64,000 nucleotides of DNA. It comes from Gammaproteobacteria bacterium (GTDB taxonomy: Bacteria > Pseudomonadota > Gammaproteobacteria > Pseudomonadales > JADFDG01). Under the pieces are notes generated by a model, which saw nothing but the letters and a program-made list of their open reading frames with translations, was not told where the DNA came from and made no database searches. Position 1 is the first letter of the stretch; each line of letters opens with the position of its first letter. This document shows positions 10,128-18,957 of this stretch, piece after piece. The position numbers and the translations under genes were made by a program. Where the stretch lies: positions 163,372-227,371 of the forward strand of contig JADFDG010000001.1 of the NCBI GenBank assembly GCA_018262975.1, in the 5' to 3' direction.

Positions 10128-10381
10128 GGACGTCCCCGCGGCGGCAAGGGCGGCAGGTCGCGTCCGCGACGACGGACCGCTGCCAGCGTGGCAACCAGCA
10201 GCCCGGCCACTGCACCGGCCACGAAGGCCAGCACCAGCGCCAGGCCGGCACGCAGCGTCACCTGCGGCCAGAACAGCAGGTCGAGCACGATCAGGTCACG
10301 GTTGGCGGCGCTGATGTAAAGGCCGGCCACGCAGGCCGCCAGCGCCACGACGATAAGCAGAAGGCCACCCAGGCGTTTCAA
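10124..10381 (-). CDS. lapA: Lipopolysaccharide assembly protein LapA (YciS)
   Basis: 85-aa protein with two TM segments directly upstream of lapB. TTG start is preceded by AGGAGG. Confidence 0.75.
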   Translation of the reverse strand: MKRLGGLLLIVVALAACVAGLYISAANRDLIVLDLLFWPQVTLRAGLALVLAFVAGAVAGLLVATLAAVRRRGRDLPPLPPRGRP

Positions 10382-10434
10382 GGCGACCTCCTGTGCAACT
10401 GAAAGGGAAGTGGAACCGGCGGCCAGCGGCCGCG

Positions 10435-10779
10435 TCAGTCATCCAGCGTGGACGCCACGCGGATCGTCGGCGAACCGCCGCGCTGCAGTTCTTCCTGCAG
10501 GCTCTCGTTCACGCGATCGCGCAGTTCCTTGCCGGGCTTGAAATGCGGGACGTACTTGCCCTGCAGGTCGACCGATTCACCGGTCTTGGGGTTGCGCCCC
10601 GTGCGCGGGGCACGGAAGTGCAGGGAAAAACTGCCGAAACCGCGGATCTCTATGCGTCCGCCGTTGGCAAGCATCTCGGACATGTCCTCGAGTATGGTCT
10701 TGACCGCGAGTTCCACGTCCTTGATCGACAGCTGGGGCTGGCGGGCGGCAATGCGCTCGATCAGCTCCGACTTCGTCAT
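10435..10779 (-). CDS. ihfB: Integration host factor subunit beta
   Basis: [11 protein letters not shown]...[10 protein letters not shown]...[13 protein letters not shown] at 10779; the track ORF starts 8 codons earlier. Confidence 0.93.
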   Translation of the reverse strand: MTKSELIERIAARQPQLSIKDVELAVKTILEDMSEMLANGGRIEIRGFGSFSLHFRAPRTGRNPKTGESVDLQGKYVPHFKPGKELRDRVNESLQEELQRGGSPTIRVASTLDD

Positions 10780-10877
10780 GGATCCGTTGCTGTCGTGTTC
10801 CACGACAAACCCCCGTTCCTACACCCGAGAAAATGGGCCGGCCCGTTGCCGGGCCGACCCGCTTCTTGCTGGCGCGA

Positions 10878-12554
10878 TTACTCGCTCTTGCCCATCTGCG
10901 CCTTGATGAGGTCGCCGATGGTCTTCGGACCTTCGGACGGCACATCCTGGTTACGCAGGCCTTCCATTGCTTCACGCTCGTCGCTGACGTCCTTGGCCTT
11001 GATGGACAGGCCAATGGAGCGGTTCTTGCGGTCCAGGGCAACGATCTTGGCCTCGACCTCGGCGCCGACCTTCAGGACGTCACCGGCGTTCTCCACGCGG
11101 TCACGGCTGATTTCGGAGACCTTGATGTAACCCTCGACGTTCTCGGCCAGGGTCACAACCGCACCTTTTGCGTCAACTTCCTTCACTACGCCTTTGACAA
11201 TACTGCCTTTTTCATTGACGGCCGTATAGTCCGCATACGGGTCCTGGGCCAGTTGCTTGATGCCCAGGGAGATGCGGCCGTGCTCGGCGTCGATGGACAG
11301 GACGGTGGTGTCGACTTCCTGGCCCTTGGAGTAGCGACGAACGGCTTCCTCGCCCGCCTCGTCCCAGGAGATGTCGGACAGGTGGACCAGGCCGTCGATG
11401 CCGCCGTCCAGGCCGATGAAGATGCCGAAGTCGGTGATCGACTTGACCGTGCCCTTGATGCGGTCGCCCTTCTTGTACTTGTCGGCGAAGGACTCCCACG
11501 GGTTCTTCTTGCACTGCTTGATGCCCAGCGAGATGCGGCGACGCTCCTGGTCGATGTCCAGGATCATCACTTCCACTTCGTCGCCGATCGACACGACCTT
11601 GGACGGGTGGATGTTCTTGTTGGTCCAGTCCATCTCGGAGACGTGCACCAGGCCTTCGATGCCCGGCTCAAGTTCGGCGAAGCAGCCGTAGTCGGTGAGG
11701 TTGGTGACGCGCGCCTTGACCTTGGTGCCGACCGGGTAGCGGCCGACGATGGCGTGCCACGGATCCTCGCCCAGCTGCTTGAGGCCCAGCGACACGCGAT
11801 TCTTCTCGCGGTCGAACTTGAGGACCTTGACCTGGATTTCCTGGCCGACTTCGACGATCTCGCTCGGGTGCTTGATGCGCTTCCACGACATGTCGGTGAT
11901 GTGCAGCAGGCCGTCGATGCCACCGAGGTCCACGAACGCGCCGTAGTCGGTGAGGTTCTTGACGATGCCTTTGACTTCCATGCCTTCCTGGAGCTGCGAC
12001 AGCAGTTCCTGGCGCTCGGCGCTGTTCTCGGCTTCCATCACGGCGCGGCGCGAAACAACGACGTTGTTGCGCTTGGCGTCCAGCTTGATGACCTTGAACT
12101 CGAGCTCCTTGCCTTCCAGGTGCGTGGTGTCGCGCACCGGGCGGACGTCAACCAGCGAACCCGGCAGGAACGCGCGGATCGTCTCGATGTCGACGGTGAA
12201 GCCGCCCTTGACCTTGCCGTTGATGACGCCACGCACGGTGGTGTTGTCGGCGAACAGCTTTTCCAGCTTGATCCACGACTCGGCACGCTTGGCCTTTTCA
12301 CGCGACAGGCGGGTGTAACCCATGCCGTCGTCGATCGCGTCGACGACCACGGTGACTTCGTCACCGACGCGCACGTCGAATTCACCGCGATCGGTGAGGA
12401 ATTCTGCTTTCGGGATCACGCCCTCGGACTTGAGGCCCGCGTTGACGATGACCCAGTCGTTGTCGATGGCGACAACGCTGCCAGTGACGACGGCGCCACG
12501 ATCGACGTCAAGACCCTTGACGCTCTTCTCGAAGAGTTCGGCAAAACTTTCCAT
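10878..12554 (-). CDS. rpsA: 30S ribosomal protein S1
   Basis: 558 aa with six S1 repeats ([11 protein letters not shown]...[13 protein letters not shown]...). Confidence 0.97.
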   Translation of the reverse strand: MESFAELFEKSVKGLDVDRGAVVTGSVVAIDNDWVIVNAGLKSEGVIPKAEFLTDRGEFDVRVGDEVTVVVDAIDDGMGYTRLSREKAKRAESWIKLEKLFADNTTVRGVINGKVKGGFTVDIETIRAFLPGSLVDVRPVRDTTHLEGKELEFKVIKLDAKRNNVVVSRRAVMEAENSAERQELLSQLQEGMEVKGIVKNLTDYGAFVDLGGIDGLLHITDMSWKRIKHPSEIVEVGQEIQVKVLKFDREKNRVSLGLKQLGEDPWHAIVGRYPVGTKVKARVTNLTDYGCFAELEPGIEGLVHVSEMDWTNKNIHPSKVVSIGDEVEVMILDIDQERRRISLGIKQCKKNPWESFADKYKKGDRIKGTVKSITDFGIFIGLDGGIDGLVHLSDISWDEAGEEAVRRYSKGQEVDTTVLSIDAEHGRISLGIKQLAQDPYADYTAVNEKGSIVKGVVKEVDAKGAVVTLAENVEGYIKVSEISRDRVENAGDVLKVGAEVEAKIVALDRKNRSIGLSIKAKDVSDEREAMEGLRNQDVPSEGPKTIGDLIKAQMGKSE

Positions 12555-12705
12555 TTCAGATATACCTTGCAGTTACCGCACCAGCCAGACGGCGCGGGTC
12601 AGTTGATGTAAAACGCCAGGCACCTGCGCGCTCCTGGCATGGCGCAGGCTGGCTCCCTCAGCGAGATCGGTGATGCAGGTGTCGCGAGCCGGACGGCCCG
12701 CCGGT

Positions 12706-13389
12706 TCAGGCGAGGCCGTGCTGGCGCACGATGGCCATGACTTGCTGAAAGACTTCCTCGCGGCTGAGGTGCGTGCTGTCGATCACGACGGCATCGGCGG
12801 CAGGCTTCAGGGGCGCTACCGGCCGGTTGCGGTCGCGGTCGTCACGCGCGCGCAGCTCTTCCACGAGGCGCGGCAAATTAGCACTAACCCCTTGGCCAAG
12901 CAACTGTTTTTCCCTCCGGCGGGCACGCTCCTCGACGCTGGCGTCGAGGAAGATCTTGGCCGGGGCCCCGGGGAAAACCACCGTGCCCATGTCCCGCCCG
13001 TCGGCCACCAGGCCGGGGGCGCGGGCAAAGGCCCGCTGGCGGGCCAGCAGGGACTCGCGCACGGCCGGGAAGGCCGCCACCCGGGACGCCATCTGGCCCA
13101 CGTCCTCCTCGCGGATACGGTCGCCCACGTCCTGGCCGGCCAGCAGTACCCGGGCCGGCTCGCCCGGTGCACCCTCCTCGAAGGTCACCGGCAGGTCCAG
13201 CGCCGCGGCAGCCAGGGCGGCCTCGTCATCGGCGGCAATGCCCTTCTCGAGGGCAGTCAGGGCCAGCAGGCGGTACAGGGCACCGCTGTCCAGCACGTGG
13301 TAGCCCAGCGCCCGGGCGACCATCAGGGCAATGCTGCCCTTGCCGGAGCCGGACGGGCCGTCGATGGCGATGACAGGGACGCTGGTCAT
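12706..13389 (-). CDS. cmk: (d)CMP kinase
   Basis: MTSVPVIAIDGPSGSGKGS P-loop. ATG at 13389 overlaps the aroA stop (ATGA). The track ORF extends spuriously to 14172. Confidence 0.92.
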   Translation of the reverse strand: MTSVPVIAIDGPSGSGKGSIALMVARALGYHVLDSGALYRLLALTALEKGIAADDEAALAAAALDLPVTFEEGAPGEPARVLLAGQDVGDRIREEDVGQMASRVAAFPAVRESLLARQRAFARAPGLVADGRDMGTVVFPGAPAKIFLDASVEERARRREKQLLGQGVSANLPRLVEELRARDDRDRNRPVAPLKPAADAVVIDSTHLSREEVFQQVMAIVRQHGLA

Positions 13390-15686
13390 TGCGGCTGCTC
13401 GACCCGGATGCGGATACCCAGGCGGGCGGCCAGCTGGTCGAAGCCGGGGAAGCTGGTGGCGACCGTGGCGCAGTCGTGGATGAGGATCTCGCCCGCCGCC
13501 CGCAGGCCGGCGACCGTGAAGGACATGGCGATGCGGTGGTCGTTGTGGCTGGTGATCTCGCCGCTGCCGAACACCGGGCCATTGCCGCCCTTGCCCTGGA
13601 TGACGATGCCGTCGGGGGTGGGCTCGGCCTGCACGCCCAGCACCTTGAGGCCGTCGGCCATCACCTGGATGCGGTCGGACTCCTTCACCCGCAGTTCCTC
13701 GGCACCTGTCAGCACGGTGCGGCCGGCGGCACAGGACGCCGCCACGAACAGCACCGGGAACTCGTCGATGGCCAGCGGCACCAGGTGCTCGGGAATGTCG
13801 ATGCCCTTGAGCGGGGCGTAGCGCACGCGGATGTCCGCCACCGGCTCGCCACCCACCTCGCGCTCGTTCATTACCGTGAGGTCCCCGCCCATCAGGCGCA
13901 GGATGTCGATGATGCCGGTACGGGTCGGGTTGATGCCGACGTGCTCGAGCACGATATCCGAACCCGGCGCGATGGACGCCGCCACCATGAAAAAGGCCGC
14001 GGAGGAAATGTCGGCCGGCACGTCGATACGGCAGGCCTTGAGCTTGCCACCGCCGGTGAGAGCGATGCGGTTGCCGGTGACGCGCACGTCGTAGCCGAAA
14101 CCGCGCAGCATGCGCTCGCTGTGATCGCGCGTGGGCGCCGGCTCGGTGACCGACGTCTCGCCCTCGGCCCACAGGCCGGCGAGCAGGATGGCGCTCTTCA
14201 CCTGGGCACTGGCCACCGGCAGGTCGTAGTGGATGCCCTTGAGATTGCGGCCACCCTTGATCTTCACCGGCGGGGTGCCGCGCTCGCCGGTGGTGTGGAT
14301 TTCGGCGCCCATCAGGCGCAGCGGCTTGGCGGCGCGCTCCATCGGGCGCTTGCTCAGCGACGAGTCGCCGGTCAGCTCGCTGTCGAAGGACTGCGCGCAG
14401 AGGATGCCGGACAGCAAGCGCATCGAGGTGCCGGAGTTGCCCATGTACAGGGCGCCGGCCGGTGCCTTCAGGCCGTGCATGCCCACGCCGTGGATGCGCA
14501 CGCGCCCGGCGTTCGGGCCCTCGATCACCACGCCGAGGTCACGGAAGGTCTGCAGCGTGGCCAGCGCGTCCTCGCCCTCGAGGAAGCCTTCCACCTCGGT
14601 CACGCCCTCGGCCAGCGAGCCGAGCATGATCGAGCGGTGGGAAATGGACTTGTCACCGGGCACGCGGGCGCGTCCGCTGACGCTGCCGCCGGGTTGCACG
14701 CGGTACTTGGTGTCGCCGTGGGTCATGATCGATTTCCGGTCCAGCAATTCGGGTTCGGCGTTCGCCACCAGCTGGTGGGCGGTGACGTACGCGGTCTGCA
14801 GGTTCAGGGCGGTGAAATGGTCGCGCGCCGCCTTCGCGCGGGTGAACACGCCGAGCATCGCCTCGCCGTCGCCGGTGGCGATCGCCTGGCGCATGGCCTC
14901 GAGGTCGGCGTTGAAGCGCGCCAGCACCTTGAGGGCGGAGTCGCGGTTGCTCAGGAAAATGTCGCGCCACATCACCGGGTCGCTGGAGGCGATGCGGGTG
15001 AAGTCGCGGAAGCCGCCGGCCGCGTAGCGGAAGATCTCGCGGTTGTCCTGCAGGTGCGCCAGGCAATCCACCAGCGTGTAGGCCAGCAGGTGCGGCAGGT
15101 GGCTGGTGGCGGCGAGCACCTCGTCGTGGTGCGCCGGCTCCATCACCAGCACGTTGGCGCCCACCGCGGCCCACAGGTCGCGCACGCGGTGCAGCGCGTC
15201 CACCGAGGTGGAATCCAGCGGCGTGAGGATGACCTTGTGGTTGATGTAGAGGTCGGCGTTGGCGGCCCCTACCCCGCTCTTCTCGGCGCCGGCGATCGGG
15301 TGGCCCGGCACGAAACCCGGCGGCAGCGTGCCCAGCGCGACGCGCGCGGCATCCACCACCGCGCCCTTCACGCTACCCACGTCGGTGATGATTGCATCCG
15401 GCGCAAGCACCTCGCGCACGCTGCGCAGGACCGCCTCGGTAGCGCCCACCGGCATCGCCAGCACGACCAGGTCGGCACCGCGCACGGCATCGCACGGATC
15501 GGCATGGCCCTCGTCGATGAGGCCCATGGCACGGCCATCAGCCAGCGTCTGCGCGGAGCGCGCACTGGCGACAATGGACTGCGCGAGCCCACGCTTCTTC
15601 ATCGCCGCGGCCAGCGAGCCGCCGATCAGCCCGAGGCCGAGGAAGGCCACGCGGCGGAACGCGGGCGACACGGACGGCGTGCTCAC
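13386..15686 (-). CDS. aroA: Bifunctional prephenate dehydrogenase / 3-phosphoshikimate 1-carboxyvinyltransferase (TyrA-AroA fusion)
   Basis: The N-terminal half has the Rossmann motif VAFLGLGLIGGS and a TyrA-like body. The C-terminal half has the EPSP synthase stretches PGDKSISHR and LGNSGT-type MGNSGTSMR. GTG at 15686 overlaps the hisC stop (GTGA). Confidence 0.88.
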   Translation of the reverse strand: MSTPSVSPAFRRVAFLGLGLIGGSLAAAMKKRGLAQSIVASARSAQTLADGRAMGLIDEGHADPCDAVRGADLVVLAMPVGATEAVLRSVREVLAPDAIITDVGSVKGAVVDAARVALGTLPPGFVPGHPIAGAEKSGVGAANADLYINHKVILTPLDSTSVDALHRVRDLWAAVGANVLVMEPAHHDEVLAATSHLPHLLAYTLVDCLAHLQDNREIFRYAAGGFRDFTRIASSDPVMWRDIFLSNRDSALKVLARFNADLEAMRQAIATGDGEAMLGVFTRAKAARDHFTALNLQTAYVTAHQLVANAEPELLDRKSIMTHGDTKYRVQPGGSVSGRARVPGDKSISHRSIMLGSLAEGVTEVEGFLEGEDALATLQTFRDLGVVIEGPNAGRVRIHGVGMHGLKAPAGALYMGNSGTSMRLLSGILCAQSFDSELTGDSSLSKRPMERAAKPLRLMGAEIHTTGERGTPPVKIKGGRNLKGIHYDLPVASAQVKSAILLAGLWAEGETSVTEPAPTRDHSERMLRGFGYDVRVTGNRIALTGGGKLKACRIDVPADISSAAFFMVAASIAPGSDIVLEHVGINPTRTGIIDILRLMGGDLTVMNEREVGGEPVADIRVRYAPLKGIDIPEHLVPLAIDEFPVLFVAASCAAGRTVLTGAEELRVKESDRIQVMADGLKVLGVQAEPTPDGIVIQGKGGNGPVFGSGEITSHNDHRIAMSFTVAGLRAAGEILIHDCATVATSFPGFDQLAARLGIRIRVEQPQ

Positions 15687-16780
15687 GCCAGCACCTTGCC
15701 CAGCGCGGCGAGGAAACGCGCGTTCTGCTCGTGGGTGCCGATGCTGACGCGCAGGTGGTCCGGCATGCCGTAGTTGCCGACCGGGCGCACGATCACGCCC
15801 TCGCGCAGCAGCGCCTGGAACACCGGCTGCGCCGGGCGACCGCAATCGAAGGTGATGAAGTTACCAATGGACGGAATCACCGCGAGGTCGAGCAGGCGCA
15901 GGCCGTCGGCCACTTGCGCGAGCCCCGCGCGGTTCACTGCCACTGAGCGTTTCAGGTAGTCGTCGTCGCCCAGCACGGCCTCGGCGGCGGCCAGCGCCAT
16001 CGACGAGACGTTGAACGGCTGGCGCACGCGGTTGAGCATGTCGGCGATTTCCGGCGACGACGCGCTGTAGCCCACGCGCAGGCCGGCCAGGCCGTAGGCC
16101 TTGGAAAAGGTGCGGCACACCACCAGGTTCGGGTGCTTCGCCAGGTACTCGAGGCCGTTCGGGTAGGCCGGCTCGTCGACGTACTCGCTGTACGCCTCGT
16201 CGAGCACCACCAGTACCGACTCCGGCACCTGCGCCATGAAGCGCTCGAATGCGGCGCGATCGAACCAGGTGCCGGTGGGATTGTTGGGGTTGGCCAGCCA
16301 CACCACCGCCGCGTCCTGCGCCGCGGTGGCCATGGCGTCGAGATCGTGGCCGTACAGGAACGCCGGGACTTCCACGGCCTGTGCACCCACCGCCTGGGTG
16401 GCAATCGGGTACACGGCGAACGAGTACTGCGCAAACACCGAGCGACGCCCCGGCGCCAGGAAGGCGCGGGCAATCATGTCCAGCAGGTCGTTGGAACCGT
16501 TGCCGAGGGTGAGCTGCGCGGGCGTGAGGCCAAAGCGCGCGCTGATCGCCGACTTCAGCGCGAAACCGCTGCCGTCCGGGTAGAGCGTGAGCTCATGCGC
16601 CGCACGCTCTACCGCGCGCAACGCCGCCGGACTGGGGCCCAGCGGGTTCTCGTTGCTGGCCAGCTTGACGATGTCGGAAATGCCCAGCTCGCGCTCCAGC
16701 TCGGCAATGGGCTTGCCGGGTACGTACGGCGACAACGCCTGCACGCCGGGCACCGCGAGCGCGCGGAAGTCACAGGCCAT
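15683..16780 (-). CDS. hisC: Histidinol-phosphate / aromatic aminotransferase
   Basis: Class-II aminotransferase (LASNENPLGPSP, NPNNPTG, FSKAYGLAGLRVGY). ATG at 16780 lies 2 nt after the pheA stop. Confidence 0.88.
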   Translation of the reverse strand: MACDFRALAVPGVQALSPYVPGKPIAELERELGISDIVKLASNENPLGPSPAALRAVERAAHELTLYPDGSGFALKSAISARFGLTPAQLTLGNGSNDLLDMIARAFLAPGRRSVFAQYSFAVYPIATQAVGAQAVEVPAFLYGHDLDAMATAAQDAAVVWLANPNNPTGTWFDRAAFERFMAQVPESVLVVLDEAYSEYVDEPAYPNGLEYLAKHPNLVVCRTFSKAYGLAGLRVGYSASSPEIADMLNRVRQPFNVSSMALAAAEAVLGDDDYLKRSVAVNRAGLAQVADGLRLLDLAVIPSIGNFITFDCGRPAQPVFQALLREGVIVRPVGNYGMPDHLRVSIGTHEQNARFLAALGKVLA

Positions 16781-16782
16781 GG

Positions 16783-17868
16783 TCAGAGCACCGCCCGCGG
16801 GTAGGAACCGAGCACGCGCACGTCCAGCACCTCGTCGGCCACCGATTTCAGCACCGCCTGCACCTTCGGGTCGTCCTGGTGGCCTTCGCAATCAATGAAG
16901 AACACGTAGCTCCAGTTGGCGCTCTTCGACGGCCGGCTTTCCAGCCGGGTCAGCGACACGCCCTCGCGGTTGAACGGCTCGAGCAGGCGGTACAGTGCAC
17001 CCGGCTTGTCGCGGGTGGACACCAGCAGCGAGGTCTTGTCATCGCCACTGGGCGCCACCGGGTCACGCCCGATCACCAGGAAGCGCGTGGTGTTGTTGGG
17101 GTTGTCCTCGATGTTCTCGGCGGTCTTGCTCAACCCGTAGAGTTCGGCGGCCACGTCACCGGCGATTGCCGCCGCGTGCCACTCGCCGCGAATGCGCCGC
17201 GCCGCCTCGGCGTTCGAGGACACCGCCACCCGCTCGACGTTGGGCAGGTGGGTGTCCAGCCACTGTCGGCACTGCGCCAGCGACTGCGAATGCGAATACA
17301 CGCGCGAGATGTTCTCGCGCTTGTTGTTCTCGCTGATCAGCAGGTGCTGGTGGATGCGCAGCTCCACCTCGCCGCAGACGCGCAGGTTGAAGCGCAGGAA
17401 GCTGTCCAGCGTGTGGGTGACCATGCCCTCGGTGGAGTTCTCCACCGGCACCACGCCGTAGTCCACCGCGCCGGCTTCGACCTCGCGGAACACGTCGTCG
17501 ATGGAGGCCAGCGGCACCGTCTGCGCGGCATGGCCGAACTGCTTGAGCACCGCCTGCTGGGTGAAGGTGCCTTCGGGACCCAGGTAGGCCACCTTCATCT
17601 GCTGCTCGAGCGCCAGGCAAGCCGACATGATCTCGCGGAAGATGCGCGCCACGGCCTCGCCGGCCAGCGGGGCGTTATCGGCCTCCTTCATGCGCCGCAG
17701 CACCTGCGCCTCACGCTCTGCGCGGTAGAACACGGTGGCATCCGGGTCGGCAGCACGCTTGACGTCCGCCACCCGGTGCGCACAGCGCGCCCGTTCGACC
17801 AGCAGCGCGCGGATGCGGTCGTCGATGCCGTCGATCTGCTCGCGCAGCTTTTTCAGTTCGTCGCTCAT
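16783..17868 (-). CDS. pheA: Bifunctional chorismate mutase / prephenate dehydratase (P-protein)
   Basis: N-terminal CM_2 domain (LREQIDGIDDRIRALLVERA), a PDT domain, and a C-terminal ACT domain (ESRPS motif LESRPSK). Confidence 0.93.
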   Translation of the reverse strand: MSDELKKLREQIDGIDDRIRALLVERARCAHRVADVKRAADPDATVFYRAEREAQVLRRMKEADNAPLAGEAVARIFREIMSACLALEQQMKVAYLGPEGTFTQQAVLKQFGHAAQTVPLASIDDVFREVEAGAVDYGVVPVENSTEGMVTHTLDSFLRFNLRVCGEVELRIHQHLLISENNKRENISRVYSHSQSLAQCRQWLDTHLPNVERVAVSSNAEAARRIRGEWHAAAIAGDVAAELYGLSKTAENIEDNPNNTTRFLVIGRDPVAPSGDDKTSLLVSTRDKPGALYRLLEPFNREGVSLTRLESRPSKSANWSYVFFIDCEGHQDDPKVQAVLKSVADEVLDVRVLGSYPRAVL

Positions 17869-17875
17869 GGGCGGC

Positions 17876-18955
17876 TCATCCGTGGCGGCGGGCGAAGTCC
17901 TTCATGAAGGCGATCAGCGCCTCCACCGCGGCGTCCGGCACCGCGTTGTACAGGCTGGCGCGCATGCCACCCACCGAGCGGTGGCCAGCCAGGTTCAGCA
18001 GACCGGCGGCCTCGGCTTCCTTCACGAACGGCTTCTCCAGCGCGACGTTTTCCACCGTGAACGGGATGTTCATCCACGAACGGTAGCGCGGATCGACCGG
18101 GTTGGCGTAGAAGCCGCTGCCATCGATGTAGTGGTACAGGCGCGAGGCCTTGCGCTGGTTGACCTCGCCCATGGCCGCGACGCCACCCTGCTTCTTCAGC
18201 CACTTGAACACCAGGCCTGCCAGGTACCAGGAATAGGTCGGCGGCGTGTTGTACATCGAACCGTTGTCGGCCTGGACCTTGTAATCGAACATGGTCGGCG
18301 TGCCCGGGATGACCTCGCCGATGAGGTCGTCGCGCACGATCACCACCACGATGCCCGCCGGTCCGATGTTCTTCTGCGCGCCGGCATAGATCAGCCCGTA
18401 CTTCGACACGTCGATGGGGCGCGACAGGATGGTGGAGGACAGGTCCGCAACCACCGGCACGTCCACCTGCGGCACGAACTCGAACTCCACGCCGTGGATG
18501 GTCTCGTTGGGCGTGACGTGCAGGTAGGCCGGCTTCTTCGAATGCTTCCAGGAGGCCAGCTCGGGCACGGTGGTGAAGTTGACGTCCTCGGCGCTGGCCA
18601 CGACGTTAACGTCGCAGTACTTGCGCGCTTCCTGGATGGCCTTGGTCGACCACATGCCGGTGTTCAGGTAGTCGGCCGACTTGTGGCCGCGCAGCAGGTT
18701 CATGGGGATCATCGCGAACTGCGACGTCGCCCCGCCCTGCAGGAACATCACCTTGTAGTTCGACGGGATGGCCAGCAGGTCACGCAGGTCCTGCTCGGCC
18801 TCCTCGGCGATGGACACGAAGTCCGCACCACGGTGGCTCATCTCCATCACCGACAGGCCCTTGCCACGCCAGTCGAGGATCTCGGCTTGCGCCTGTTCGA
18901 GTACTTCCTGCGGCAGCGCGGCAGGACCCGCGCAGAAATTCCAGGCCCGGGACAT
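17876..18955 (-). CDS. serC: Phosphoserine aminotransferase
   Basis: MSRAWNFCAGPAALP...GGATSQF...KNIGPAG. I chose the ATG at 18955. A GTG at 18961 would overlap the gyrA stop. Confidence 0.92.
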   Translation of the reverse strand: MSRAWNFCAGPAALPQEVLEQAQAEILDWRGKGLSVMEMSHRGADFVSIAEEAEQDLRDLLAIPSNYKVMFLQGGATSQFAMIPMNLLRGHKSADYLNTGMWSTKAIQEARKYCDVNVVASAEDVNFTTVPELASWKHSKKPAYLHVTPNETIHGVEFEFVPQVDVPVVADLSSTILSRPIDVSKYGLIYAGAQKNIGPAGIVVVIVRDDLIGEVIPGTPTMFDYKVQADNGSMYNTPPTYSWYLAGLVFKWLKKQGGVAAMGEVNQRKASRLYHYIDGSGFYANPVDPRYRSWMNIPFTVENVALEKPFVKEAEAAGLLNLAGHRSVGGMRASLYNAVPDAAVEALIAFMKDFARRHG

Positions 18956-18957
18956 CG